Notes under the pieces: model-generated | What the model was told of the DNA's origin: nothing | Seen by the model: the letters and a program-made list of their open reading frames with translations, nothing else | The model's database searches: none | Made by a program: the position numbers and the translations under genes | Assembly (NCBI GenBank): GCA_035550755.1 | Contig: DASZON010000119.1 | Location: 1-33,450 of the forward strand | Direction of reading: 5' to 3' | Source of the DNA: Actinomycetota bacterium | GTDB taxonomy: Bacteria > Actinomycetota > CALGFH01 | Length of the DNA stretch: 33,450 nucleotides | Part shown: piece after piece, positions 1 to 12,601 of the stretch | Layout of the letters: each line of letters begins with the position of its first letter | How positions within the stretch are numbered: the first letter of the stretch is position 1

Positions 1-1215
1 CAGCCTCCCCTGGCGGCCGTCGGCCTGGACGGTGACCCGGCCGGCGTGGCTGTGCTTGGCCGCGTTGGCCAGCAGCTCGGCGGCGCAGTAGTAGGCGATG
101 GTCTCGATCGCCGGGGTGGGCCGTTCGGGCAGGTCGCAGGCCAGCTCGACCGGGATGGCGCTGGTCGCGGCCAGGGTGGCCAGGGCGTCGTCGAGGCCGG
201 AGTCGAGCACCGGCGGGTGGATGCCCCTGGCCAGGTCGCGCAGCTCGCCAAGGGCCTGCTTGGCGTCCCGGTGGGCGGCGTCGACCAGCTCGCGGGCCCG
301 GCCGACGTCGTCCCCGCCGTCGAGCCCGGCCAGGGTCTCCTTGGCCAGCCCCAGGTGCATGGCCAGGGTGGCCAGGCGGATCTGGGCGCCGTCGTGGAGG
401 TCGCGCTCGACCCGGCGCAGCTGGGCGGCGGCGTCGTCCACGGCCAGGGCTCGGGTGTGCTCCAGGTCGCGGACGCGCAGGGCCAGCCGCCCCGGGCCGA
501 GCAGGGCCACGAGCAGCCGGCGGTCGACCGCGACCACCGCCCTGGTCACCCAGGGCGCGGCCAGCACCATCACCAGGCCGACGCCCAGGGCGAGGAAGGT
601 CTCGGGGTAGGTGGCGACCTGGAGGCCGAGCCCGGGGAACGGAGTGGCGGCCGGCACCGGGTCCAGGGTGACCCCGGGCGGGTGGTTGCGGAACAGGCCC
701 CACCAGAACGGGTAGGTCAGGTTGGCCAGCCCGCCGGCCCACCAGAAGACCGCGTACGCCTCGAGGAAGGCCAGCGGCAGCTTGAGGAGCTGGTAGGCGA
801 CGGCCCGCCAGCCGGGACCGTCGCCCAGCCCGGCGGCCAGCCAGCCCAGCCGGCCCCGGCGGCGGGCCAGGGGTGGCGGCGGCGCGACCGCCGTGCCCAG
901 CAGGCGAGCGGCCACCCGGCGGTGGACGGCCCCGAGCCGGCGAGCGACCCGGGTGGCCAGCACGACGACCAGCAGCAGGCCCAGCAGGTCGAGGCCGAAC
1001 GCCGCCACCCCAACCCAGAGGGGGGTGGCCCCGGACGGAGAGAGCAGAAGGACGAACAGGGCCACGACCATCAGCCAGACCGCGGCTCCGGCGATGACCA
1101 GCCCGAGCGGGATCCCGGCCAGGCAGAACAGCAGCTCGTTGCGGGCCCGGCGGCCGAACGGCGCCAGCAGCACCGCCCGACCCCAGGCCACGACCGTGGT
1201 CAACGGACCTCCCAT
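1..1215 (-). CDS. Sensor histidine kinase, HisKA_3 type (5' complete, 3' end cut by window edge)
   Basis: Absent from the ORF track because it runs off the window. Manual minus-strand translation from the ATG at 1215-1213 stays open to position 1 (405 codons). It starts MGGPLTTVVAWGRAVLLAPFGRRARNELLFCLAGIPLGLV and has hydrophobic N-terminal sensor segments. It then shows the H-box QLRRVERDLHDGAQIRLATLAMHLG, then ELRDLARGIHPPVLDSGL, then the N-box start IETIAYYCAAELLANAAKHSHA. GC3 is high. It lies directly downstream of the ABC pair on the same strand. Confidence 0.8.
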   Translation of the reverse strand, partial: MGGPLTTVVAWGRAVLLAPFGRRARNELLFCLAGIPLGLVIAGAAVWLMVVALFVLLLSPSGATPLWVGVAAFGLDLLGLLLVVVLATRVARRLGAVHRRVAARLLGTAVAPPPPLARRRGRLGWLAAGLGDGPGWRAVAYQLLKLPLAFLEAYAVFWWAGGLANLTYPFWWGLFRNHPPGVTLDPVPAATPFPGLGLQVATYPETFLALGVGLVMVLAAPWVTRAVVAVDRRLLVALLGPGRLALRVRDLEHTRALAVDDAAAQLRRVERDLHDGAQIRLATLAMHLGLAKETLAGLDGGDDVGRARELVDAAHRDAKQALGELRDLARGIHPPVLDSGLDDALATLAATSAIPVELACDLPERPTPAIETIAYYCAAELLANAAKHSHAGRVTVQADGRQGRL

Positions 1216-1231
1216 GCCCCCATTGTCCTGC

Positions 1232-1993
1232 TCAGGCGTCCCGCTCGGCGAGCACCCATGCCCCGGCGCCCAGGGCCACGGCGGCATACAGGACGAGCAC
1301 GCCGAGACCGGCCCAGGGCGACAGGAAGCGGACGTCGCCGATCGCCATTCCGGGCTCCACCACGGTCAGGGAGTTGGCCACGACCGCGATCGGGAGCCAG
1401 GGCATGAGCGCCGGGGCGAGGGGGGCGACGAGCATGGCGACCACGTACACGCCGCCGACGAGCAGCCCCACCGCCAGGGCGGTGTGCCGGACCACGGCGC
1501 CGAAGCCGAGGCCGAGCAGCCCGATGAGGCAGTAGCCGGCCCCGCCCAGCACCACCGCGCGGAGCACCTCCGGCTGGCCGAGGGCCGGGCCGGGAACCCC
1601 GGCCGGTAGGGCAATCCGGCAGACGAGGAACGACACGAAGGCCGCCGCCTCCCCGGTGGCCAGGGCGGCCGCGCCGAACACCGCCGCCTTGGCCGCCAGC
1701 ACCAGCGGCCGGTTGGGGATCGCGGCCAGGGTCGGGCGGATCGTCCCCGAGGTGTGCTCGCCGGTCGCGGTCACCACCCCCAGGGTGCCGATCAGGAGCA
1801 GGCCGACCGAGATGCCGGCGAGGGCGTTGTTGGTCAGGTCGGCGGAGGCGTCCTCGCTGTTGATCCCGACGGCGACGGCGATGGCGGCGGCGGCCACGAC
1901 CGTCACGGCCAGGGTCCACCAGGTGGAGCGGAGGCTGCGCAGCTTGACCCATTCCATGCGGGCCGCGTCCCGGAACCGGTAGTGCCCGCTCAT
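1232..1993 (-). CDS. ABC-2 family transporter permease
   Basis: 253-aa ORF with about six hydrophobic helices. The N-terminus (RMEWVKLRSLRSTWWTLAVTVVAAA) is typical of ABC-2 permeases. There is a 4-nt overlap with the upstream ATPase gene (1990-1993). Confidence 0.8.
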   Translation of the reverse strand: MSGHYRFRDAARMEWVKLRSLRSTWWTLAVTVVAAAAIAVAVGINSEDASADLTNNALAGISVGLLLIGTLGVVTATGEHTSGTIRPTLAAIPNRPLVLAAKAAVFGAAALATGEAAAFVSFLVCRIALPAGVPGPALGQPEVLRAVVLGGAGYCLIGLLGLGFGAVVRHTALAVGLLVGGVYVVAMLVAPLAPALMPWLPIAVVANSLTVVEPGMAIGDVRFLSPWAGLGVLVLYAAVALGAGAWVLAERDA

Positions 1994-2700
1994 CGGTACT
2001 CCACCTCGCCGGCGGTCAGCTCCAGGAAGGCGTCCTCCAGCGAGGCCGCGCCGGCCGACAGCTCGGCCACCGACGTCTGGGCCAGCAGCCGCCCCCGGCC
2101 GATCACCACCAGCCGCTCGGCGGTGAGGGCCATCTCACCGATCAGGTGGCTGGACACGAGCACGACCCGGCCCTGGGCGGCCAGCGACCGCAGCAGGGTC
2201 CGCATCCAGCGGATCCCTTCCGGGTCGAGGCCGTTGACCGGCTCGTCCAGCAGCAGCACGCCCGGGTCGCCGAGCAGGGCGGCGGCGATCCCGAGCCGCT
2301 GGCCCATGCCCAGCGACAGGCCCCCGGCCCGCCGGCCGGCCACGCCGGCCAGGCCGACCAGGCCGAGCACCTCCTCGACCCGGGAGCGCGGGATGGCGCT
2401 GGCGGCGGCCAACGCCTCCAGGTGGGCGCGGGCGCTGCGGCCGGGGTGGAACGCCCTGGCCTCCAGCAGCGCCCCGACCTCGCGCAGCGGCCAGGGGAGC
2501 TCGCGGTAGCGGCGCCCGCCGATCAGGGCCTGCCCGGCGTCGGGCCTGTCCAGCCCGAGCAGCATCCGCATGGTGGTGGACTTGCCGGCGCCGTTGGGGC
2601 CGAGGAACCCGGTGACCGCCCCCGGGTACACGTCGAAGCTGAGCCCGTCGACGGCGACGGTGGGGCCGTAGCGCTTGCTGAGGTCTCGGATCTCGATCAT
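1990..2700 (-). CDS. ABC transporter ATP-binding protein
   Basis: Walker A GPNGAGKST, ABC signature LSLGMGQR, Walker B LLLDEP, H-loop SSH. 236 aa. Confidence 0.92.
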   Translation of the reverse strand: MIEIRDLSKRYGPTVAVDGLSFDVYPGAVTGFLGPNGAGKSTTMRMLLGLDRPDAGQALIGGRRYRELPWPLREVGALLEARAFHPGRSARAHLEALAAASAIPRSRVEEVLGLVGLAGVAGRRAGGLSLGMGQRLGIAAALLGDPGVLLLDEPVNGLDPEGIRWMRTLLRSLAAQGRVVLVSSHLIGEMALTAERLVVIGRGRLLAQTSVAELSAGAASLEDAFLELTAGEVEYR

Positions 2701-2797
2701 GGGACGACCCTACGGGCCTGGCCAGCGCACCGGAACGGGGCTGGCACCCGTTTGCGCCGTGGGGGTTTTCCACCCCCGGCCGTCACACCACCGGTCC

Positions 2798-2803
2798 TAG
2801 AAT
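2798..2803 (+). promoter_or_regulatory. Candidate -10 hexamer (TAGAAT) for a leaderless uvrC transcript
   Basis: TAGAAT ends 6 nt before the A of the uvrC ATG (2810). No Shine-Dalgarno is visible in between. This spacing fits transcription starting at or next to the start codon, which is common in actinobacteria. Confidence 0.3.
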
Positions 2804-2809
2804 TGCGGT

Positions 2810-4741
2810 ATGACCGTCGCGACCAGCCCAAGACCGAAGCCTGAGGCGATTCCCGACCATCCCGGCGTGTACCTGTTCCGCGACCGGGACGGGCGGGTGA
2901 TCTACGTCGGCAAGGCGATCTCGCTGCGCAAGCGGACGGCCAGCTACTTCCAGCCGATGCGCAACCTGCACCCGCGGACCGCGGCCATGGTCGAGGCCTC
3001 GGCCAGCCTGGAGTGGGTGCTGGTCTCGAGCGAGGTCGAGGCCCTCCAGCTCGAGGTCAGCCTGATCAAGCAGCACCGGCCCCGCTACAACGTCCGCTAC
3101 CGCGACGACAAGTCGTACCCGTGGCTGGCCGTGCCCCTGGCCGACGAGATCCCCCGGCCGCGGGTCGAGCGCGGGGCCAAGCGCAAGGGCACCAGGTACT
3201 TCGGGCCCTACGCCCACGCCTACGCCATCCGCGAGACCCTGGACCTGCTGCTGCGGACCTTCCCGATGCGGACCTGCTCCAAGGGGGTGTTCGACCGGCA
3301 CCGGCGGCTGGGCCGGCCCTGCATCCTGTTCGACATCAACAAGTGCTCGGGGCCGTGCGTCGGCAAGGTCACCCCATCCGAGCACCGGCGGATCGTCGAG
3401 GACTTCGTGGCCTTCATGGACGGGCGCACCCGGCCGACCCTGCAGCGGCTGGAGGCCGAGATGCGCCAGGCCGCCGAGCAGCTCAACTTCGAGCTCGCGG
3501 CCCGGCTCCGCGACCAGCTGGCCAGCGTCCGCAAGGCCATGGAGCGCCAGCAGATGGTGTCCTCGACCCCCGAGGACTTCGACATCGCCGCCTTCGCCGA
3601 GGACGACCTGGAAGCGGCCGTGCAGGTGTTCTTCGTCCGCCGGGGCCGGGTGGTGGGCCGCCGCGGGTTCGTGGTCGACAAGGTCGAGGCCCTCGACACC
3701 CCGGCCCTCGCCGCCACCTTCGTCCAGCAGCTGTACGGCGACCGGGGCGACGAGATCCCCCGCGCGGTGTTCCTGCCCGTCCTGCCCGAGGGGGCCGAGG
3801 GGCTGGCGGCCTGGCTGGCCGGGCTGCGGGGCGGGCCGGTGGACCTGCGGGTGCCCCGCCGGGGCGAGAAGCGGGCCCTGCTGGAGACGGTGGCGGCCAA
3901 CGCCCGCGAGGCCTTCGCCACCCACAAGCTCAAGCGGGCCAGCGACTTCGACGCCCGCGCCCGCGGCCTCAAGGAGCTCCAGGAGGCCCTCGACCTGCCC
4001 GAGGCGCCGCTGCGGATCGAGTGCTACGACATCTCCAACCTCCAGGGCAGCCAGGTGGTCGGCTCGATGGTGGTGTTCGAGGACGGCCTGGCCCGCAAGA
4101 GCGAGTACCGCCGCTTCGAGATCCGCTCGGTCGAGAGCCAGGACGACGTCGCCTCCCTGCGCGAGGTCCTGACCCGCCGCCTGGCCCGCCTGGCCACCGA
4201 GCGGGACCAGCCGGAAGAGCCGGAGGGGTCCGGGGAACCCCAAGGGGGTGCCCCGGTGAATCGGGAGCGCCGCAAGAAGTTCGCCTACCCGCCCAACCTG
4301 ATCGTGGTCGACGGCGGCCGGCCCCAGCTGTCGGCCGCCCTGGAGGCGGTGCGGGACTCGGCCAGCCCCGACCTGCCGGTGGTGTCGCTGGCCAAGCGGA
4401 TGGAGGAGGTCTACATCCCCGGCCAGCCCGAGCCGGTGGTCATCCCCCGGACCAGCGAGGCCCTGTACCTGCTGCAGCGGGTCCGCGACGAGGCCCACCG
4501 CTTCGCCATCACCTACCACCGCAAGCTGCGCAACCGGTCCATGACAGTCAGCGTGCTCGACGGCATCCCCGGGGTGGGGGAGACCCGCCGCCGCCAGCTC
4601 GTCCGCCACTTCGGCTCGGCCCGCAAGGCCGCCCAGGCCAGCCTGGCGGAGCTGGAGCAGGTTCCCGGCCTCGGCCCCCAGCTTGCTAAGGTGGTGTACG
4701 ACCATCTGCACGGGGCCGCCGGGGGGGTGACCAGGCAATGA
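2810..4741 (+). CDS. uvrC: Excinuclease ABC subunit C
   Basis: N-terminal GIY-YIG (GVYLFRDRDGRVIYVGKAISLRKR), UVR domain (AAEQLNFELAARLRDQL), RNase H-like endonuclease region (IECYDISNLQG) and C-terminal HhH2 (GIPGVGETRRRQLVRHFGS). Confidence 0.95.
   Translation: MTVATSPRPKPEAIPDHPGVYLFRDRDGRVIYVGKAISLRKRTASYFQPMRNLHPRTAAMVEASASLEWVLVSSEVEALQLEVSLIKQHRPRYNVRYRDDKSYPWLAVPLADEIPRPRVERGAKRKGTRYFGPYAHAYAIRETLDLLLRTFPMRTCSKGVFDRHRRLGRPCILFDINKCSGPCVGKVTPSEHRRIVEDFVAFMDGRTRPTLQRLEAEMRQAAEQLNFELAARLRDQLASVRKAMERQQMVSSTPEDFDIAAFAEDDLEAAVQVFFVRRGRVVGRRGFVVDKVEALDTPALAATFVQQLYGDRGDEIPRAVFLPVLPEGAEGLAAWLAGLRGGPVDLRVPRRGEKRALLETVAANAREAFATHKLKRASDFDARARGLKELQEALDLPEAPLRIECYDISNLQGSQVVGSMVVFEDGLARKSEYRRFEIRSVESQDDVASLREVLTRRLARLATERDQPEEPEGSGEPQGGAPVNRERRKKFAYPPNLIVVDGGRPQLSAALEAVRDSASPDLPVVSLAKRMEEVYIPGQPEPVVIPRTSEALYLLQRVRDEAHRFAITYHRKLRNRSMTVSVLDGIPGVGETRRRQLVRHFGSARKAAQASLAELEQVPGLGPQLAKVVYDHLHGAAGGVTRQ
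4219..4264 (+). repeat. 46-nt repeat, copy A (in-frame inside the uvrC linker)
   Basis: gccggaggggtccggggaaccccaagggggtgccccggtgaatcgg matches 6550-6595 at 42/46 positions with no gaps. It encodes PEGSGEPQGGAPVNR in the variable linker of UvrC. Confidence 0.8.
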
Positions 4742-5637
4742 CCCAGGAGTTCCGGACCGAAGATCGCCTGCGGGCCGCCGCGGTGGAGTTCGTCGTGATC
4801 ACCGGCCTGTCGGGGGCCGGCCGGTCGGAGGCGGCCAAGGTGCTGGAGGACCTCGGCTTCTTCGTGATCGACAACCTCCCCCCGTCGCTGATCGGGCGGG
4901 TCGCCGAGCTGGCCGTGGTCGGGCGCGACCCGACCCGGGTCGCCCTGGTCATGGACGCCCGCGGGGGCGCCTTCACCGCCGACGTGTCCGAGCTCGAGGC
5001 CGCCCTCGACCAGCTCCGGGCCCAGGACGTCAACCTCCGGATCGTGTTCCTGGAGGCCTCGGACGAGGTCCTGATCCGGCGCTTCGAGACACCCCGGCGC
5101 CGCCACCCGGTGGCCGGCGAGCGGGTCGCCGAGTCGATCGCGCTCGAGCGCGACCTGCTGCGCGAGCTGCGCGCCGACGCCGACCTGGTCGTCGACACCA
5201 GTGACCTCAACGTCCACGAGCTGCGGGCCAAGATCCTGGCCGCGTTCGCCGACGAGGCCGCCGGGATGCTGGTCACGGTCACCTCGTTCGGGTTCAAGTA
5301 CGGGCTGCCCCTTGACGCCGACATGGTGGTCGACGTCCGCTTCCTGCCCAACCCTCACTGGGTGCCCGAGCTGCGCCCCCTGCCCGGCACCGACAAGCGG
5401 GTCCGCGACTACGTGCTCGCCCAGAACGACACCGGCCTGTTCATGGCCCGGCTGGAGGCCCTGCTGGAGATCGCCCTGCCCGGCTACGTCCAGGAGGGCA
5501 AGCACTACCTGACCGTGGCCATCGGCTGCACCGGTGGCAAGCACCGCAGCGTCGTCCTGGCCGGCGAGCTGGCCGGCTGGCTGACCGACAAGGGCTACCG
5601 GGCCCACGTCGCCCACCGGGACGTGGAGCGCGAGTGA
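4738..5637 (+). CDS. rapZ: RNase adapter / nucleotide-binding protein RapZ (YvcJ family)
   Basis: P-loop ITGLSGAGRSEAAKVLEDLGFFVIDNLPP and C-terminal CTGGKHRS motif. ATGA overlap with the uvrC stop. Confidence 0.9.
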   Translation: MTQEFRTEDRLRAAAVEFVVITGLSGAGRSEAAKVLEDLGFFVIDNLPPSLIGRVAELAVVGRDPTRVALVMDARGGAFTADVSELEAALDQLRAQDVNLRIVFLEASDEVLIRRFETPRRRHPVAGERVAESIALERDLLRELRADADLVVDTSDLNVHELRAKILAAFADEAAGMLVTVTSFGFKYGLPLDADMVVDVRFLPNPHWVPELRPLPGTDKRVRDYVLAQNDTGLFMARLEALLEIALPGYVQEGKHYLTVAIGCTGGKHRSVVLAGELAGWLTDKGYRAHVAHRDVERE

Positions 5638-6524
5638 GAGTCGTGGCGCTCGGTGGCGGCCACGGCCTGGCCGTCACCCTGGCCGCGCTCCGCCTGCTCG
5701 GCGTCGAGCCGACCGCGGTCGTGACCGTGGCCGACGACGGCGGCTCCTCGGGCCGGCTGCGCCGCGACCTCGGCCTGCTCCCGCCCGGCGACCTCCGCAA
5801 GGCCATGCTCGCCCTGGCCGACCCGGCCGCCGAGGTCCGCGAGCTGTTCGCCTACCGGTTCGAGCGCGGCGACCTGGCCGGCCACAACCTCGGCAACCTG
5901 GCCCTGGCCGCCCTCACCGACCTCGAGGGCGGGTTCCTTGAGGCCCTGGCGGCGGCCTCGCGCTGGCTCGGGGTCCACGGCCAGGTGCTGCCGGCGACCC
6001 TGGTCCCGGTGCGGCTCTGCGGCCGGGTCGACGGCCGCCACGTCGAGGGCCAGGTGGCCATCATGACCGCCACCGGCCGGGTCGAGTCGGTGTGGCTGGA
6101 GCCCCGCTCGCCGGCGGCGGTGCCGGCCGCGGTGGCCGCCGTCCGCGAGGCCGACCTGGTCCTGCTCGGCCCCGGCTCCACCTTCACCTCGGTGGTGCCC
6201 AACGTGCTCGTCCCCGAGCTGGCCGCCGCCCTGGTCGAGGCGGCCGAGCGGCTGGTCTACATCTGCAACCTGGAGGCCCAGCCGGGGGAGACGACCGGCT
6301 TCCCACCCGAGGCCCACCTGGCCGCCATCCTCGCCCACTGCCCCGGGCTGCGGGTGGCCACCGTGCTCTGCCAGCGGCCCCCGGACGCGGCCGGCGCCGC
6401 CCGGGAGCTGGCCGCCTTCGCCGCCCTCGGCGCGTCCGTGATCCACGCCGAGGTCGCCGCCGACGACGCCCCCGGCCGCCACGACACCGCCCGCCTGGCC
6501 ACCGCCCTCAAGGAGCTGGCGTAG
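5634..6524 (+). CDS. yvcK: YvcK / CofD-like gluconeogenesis factor family protein
   Basis: N-terminal VVALGGGHGLA, ...ADDGGSSGRLRRDLG.LPPGDLR... and GPGS.FTSV.PN motifs of the UPF0052/CofD family. GTGA overlap with the rapZ stop. Conserved rapZ-yvcK-whiA order. Confidence 0.88.
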   Translation: MRVVALGGGHGLAVTLAALRLLGVEPTAVVTVADDGGSSGRLRRDLGLLPPGDLRKAMLALADPAAEVRELFAYRFERGDLAGHNLGNLALAALTDLEGGFLEALAAASRWLGVHGQVLPATLVPVRLCGRVDGRHVEGQVAIMTATGRVESVWLEPRSPAAVPAAVAAVREADLVLLGPGSTFTSVVPNVLVPELAAALVEAAERLVYICNLEAQPGETTGFPPEAHLAAILAHCPGLRVATVLCQRPPDAAGAARELAAFAALGASVIHAEVAADDAPGRHDTARLATALKELA

Positions 6525-6549
6525 GGCCCAATGAGCCCGGAGGGGTTCG

Positions 6550-6595
6550 GCCGGAGGGGTCCGGGGAACCCCGAAGGGGTGCCCTGGTGGATCGG
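6550..6595 (+). repeat. 46-nt repeat, copy B (yvcK-whiA intergenic region)
   Basis: gccggaggggtccggggaaccccgaaggggtgccctggtggatcgg is 42/46 identical to 4219-4264 in the same orientation. It is flanked by further CCGGAGGGGT motifs at 6538-6547 and 6605-6614. Confidence 0.8.
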
Positions 6596-6620
6596 ATAGC
6601 TCTTCCGGAGGGGTGCCACG

Positions 6621-8607
<1,987 letters not shown>

Positions 8608-8611
8608 TCCG

Positions 8612-9793
<1,182 letters not shown>

Positions 9794-9805
9794 GGAGCGC
9801 ATCAC

Positions 9806-10588
<783 letters not shown>

Positions 10589-10630
10589 TACACTCGCCCG
10601 GTCCCGTTCCCGCCCGCTCCGAGGAATCCG

Positions 10631-10861
10631 ATGGTCCCGCTGCTGGTCGTCATCAACGTGATCGCGTCGCTGACGCTGATCCTGTTCATCCTGCTGCACG
10701 CCGGCCGCGGCGGCGGCCTCTCCGACATGTTCGGCGGAGGCATGAACACGTCCCTGGGCGGGTCGACGGTGGTCGAGCGCAACCTGGACCGGCTGACCGT
10801 GGGCGCGGCGACGGTGTTCGGGATCACCAGCGTGCTGCTGGCCCTGATGCTGCAGCCCTAG
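10631..10861 (+). CDS. secG: Preprotein translocase subunit SecG
   Basis: 76 aa with two hydrophobic helices flanking a Gly-rich loop (GRGGGLSDMFGGG). Conserved position after tpiA. GAGGAA Shine-Dalgarno. Confidence 0.85.
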   Translation: MVPLLVVINVIASLTLILFILLHAGRGGGLSDMFGGGMNTSLGGSTVVERNLDRLTVGAATVFGITSVLLALMLQP

Positions 10862-10909
10862 GGACCGTCAGGGCTTGGTGATCCCTGTGGTCACCACCGG
10901 GGCCCGTTC

Positions 10910-12547
10910 GTGAGCCCCGCCCGCTCGTCGGCCCGGCTCCGCCCGGTCGGGTGGCTGGTGGTCGTGGCCCTCGTCGCCGTGGCCGGGTGCACGGGGGGCG
11001 GGGGAGCGGAACGCCCCGGGAGCAGCGGCGGACCCGGCGGGGGAGCGGTGCCCCAGGGCCGGCGGGGCGGGACCCTGAGCATCGCCCTGCTCGACCCCGG
11101 GTCGCTCGACCCGGCCCGGGCCGACGGCCTCGAAGACGAGGTCGTCCTCGGCAACCTGTTCGACGGCCTGACCGCCGTCGACCCCGCCGGCGCCGTCCGC
11201 CCGTCGGTCGCCGCCTCCTGGACCAGCGACCCCGACCTGCGCCGCTGGGAGTTCCAGCTGCGACCCGAGGCCCGCTGGTCCGACGGCTCCCCGGTCCGCT
11301 CCACCGACTTCACCTACGCCTGGCAGCGCCTCACCGACCCCACGACCAGCCCCAGCCCCCCGGCGGCGGCCCGCACCCTGCTGTCGGACGTCACCGGCTA
11401 CGGCGCGTTCGCCGCCGGCAAGGCCCGCAGGATCACCGGGCTGGAGACCCCGGACCCGGCCACCCTGGTCGTCCAGCTCGACCATCCCTTCGCCGACCTC
11501 CCGGCCCTGGTCGCCGCCCTCCCGCTCTCCCCGCTGCCCTCGACCCTTGTCCGCCCCGACCCGGCCGCCTACCTTGCCGAGCCGGTCGGCAACGGCCCCT
11601 TCCGCCTGGCCGGCCCCGCGCGTCCGGGGCGCGCCCTGACCCTGGACCGCAACCCGGCGTTCTGGGGCGCCCCGGCCCTGCTCGACCGGGTCAGCGTGCA
11701 CGTGGCCCCCGACGAGCAGACCGCCTGGCTGGAGCTTCAGAACGGCCGGGTCGCCTTCGCCCCCGTCCCGCTCGACCAGCTCGCCGCCGCCCGGACCCTG
11801 TACGGCCCCTCCGCCGACGGCCGGACCGCCCCCGGCCTCCTCCAGGGCCCGACCCTGGCCAGCTGGAACCTCACCTTCAACCTGAAGTCGACCCTTGGGC
11901 GGGACCCGCGCTGGCGCCAGGCCGTCTCCCTCGCCGTCGACCGTGACCGCCTCGCCACCACCCTGGCCGGCACCCCCGCGTCCACCCTGGTCCCCCCGGG
12001 CACCCCCGGCTCCCCAGCCACCGGGTCGGGCGGCGGGACCGGCGGGACCGGCGCCGACCCGGCCTGCCGGGTCTGCACCCACGACCCGGCCAGGGCCCGC
12101 GCCCTCCTGGCCAAGGTCAAGGGCGGTCGCGGACCGGTCACCCTCGCCATCCCCGCGGCCGCCGGCACCCGCCAGGTCGCCGCCCGCCTCACCGCCGACC
12201 TCGCCGCCGTGGGGATCAAGACCACCGTGGCGCCGGCCCCCGAGGGCGGGTCGCCGCTGACGCTGGTCCGCGGGTTCGCCCCCTACCCCCGCCCCGACCC
12301 CTACCTCGCCGGCCCCTTCACCCTCGCCTCCGACGCCCGCCGCCTCCTCGACCAGGCCCGCGCCACCCCCGACGACCCCGCCCGCACCTCCCTGTACCAG
12401 CAGGCTGAGGCCGCGATCCTCACCGACCTCCCCGCCACCCCCCTCGTGAGCGAACGCCACGCCGCCGTCCTCACCCCGGGCCCCCAGGGCGTCAACCTGA
12501 CCCCTTGGGACACCCTCGACCTGGCCGCCGTCTCCCTCCCCGCCTGA
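10910..12547 (+). CDS. ABC transporter substrate-binding lipoprotein, family 5 (peptide/nickel type)
   Basis: Signal peptide plus lipobox (LVAVAGC). SBP_bac_5-like body (GGTLSIALLDPGSLDPA..., WSDGSPVRSTDFTYAW, LDRNPAFWG). No cognate permease or ATPase genes are adjacent. Confidence 0.75.
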   Translation: MSPARSSARLRPVGWLVVVALVAVAGCTGGGGAERPGSSGGPGGGAVPQGRRGGTLSIALLDPGSLDPARADGLEDEVVLGNLFDGLTAVDPAGAVRPSVAASWTSDPDLRRWEFQLRPEARWSDGSPVRSTDFTYAWQRLTDPTTSPSPPAAARTLLSDVTGYGAFAAGKARRITGLETPDPATLVVQLDHPFADLPALVAALPLSPLPSTLVRPDPAAYLAEPVGNGPFRLAGPARPGRALTLDRNPAFWGAPALLDRVSVHVAPDEQTAWLELQNGRVAFAPVPLDQLAAARTLYGPSADGRTAPGLLQGPTLASWNLTFNLKSTLGRDPRWRQAVSLAVDRDRLATTLAGTPASTLVPPGTPGSPATGSGGGTGGTGADPACRVCTHDPARARALLAKVKGGRGPVTLAIPAAAGTRQVAARLTADLAAVGIKTTVAPAPEGGSPLTLVRGFAPYPRPDPYLAGPFTLASDARRLLDQARATPDDPARTSLYQQAEAAILTDLPATPLVSERHAAVLTPGPQGVNLTPWDTLDLAAVSLPA

Positions 12548-12569
12548 CCCCGCCCCCACCAGGCCCCTT

Positions 12570-12578
12570 TGCTACAAT
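12570..12578 (+). promoter_or_regulatory. Candidate extended -10 (TGcTACAAT) promoter for tRNA-Leu
   Basis: TGCTACAAT ends 23 nt upstream of the tRNA 5' end, in the gap after the SBP stop. No clear -35. Confidence 0.35.
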
Positions 12579-12601
12579 CCGCCAGCACCCAGCTGCACCA
12601 C

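Noticed and set aside
46-1407. 453-aa plus-strand ORF (plus 98-610 and 893-1609)
   Set aside because: The translation is low-complexity Gly/Ala/Arg/Pro-rich, typical of the wrong frame in GC-rich DNA. The opposite strand encodes a motif-bearing histidine kinase (H-box, N-box) that explains the region.
2783-4738. 651-aa minus-strand ORF antisense to uvrC
   Set aside because: uvrC on the plus strand has unambiguous GIY-YIG, UVR and HhH motifs. The antisense ORF is a low-complexity GC artefact.
10862-10909. Possible terminator hairpin after secG (ggtga-tccctgtgg-tcacc)
   Set aside because: The stem is only 5 bp with a 9-nt loop and no T-tract, which is too weak to call.
10910-12547. Orphan family-5 solute-binding protein as part of the CIS system
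   Set aside because: It is separated from the CIS operon by a tRNA gene with its own putative promoter. Orphan SBPs are common, and nothing in the sequence links it to the CIS.
10868-12559. 563-aa minus-strand ORF antisense to the solute-binding protein gene
   Set aside because: The plus-strand product has a lipobox and family-5 SBP motifs. The antisense product is Gly-rich low complexity.
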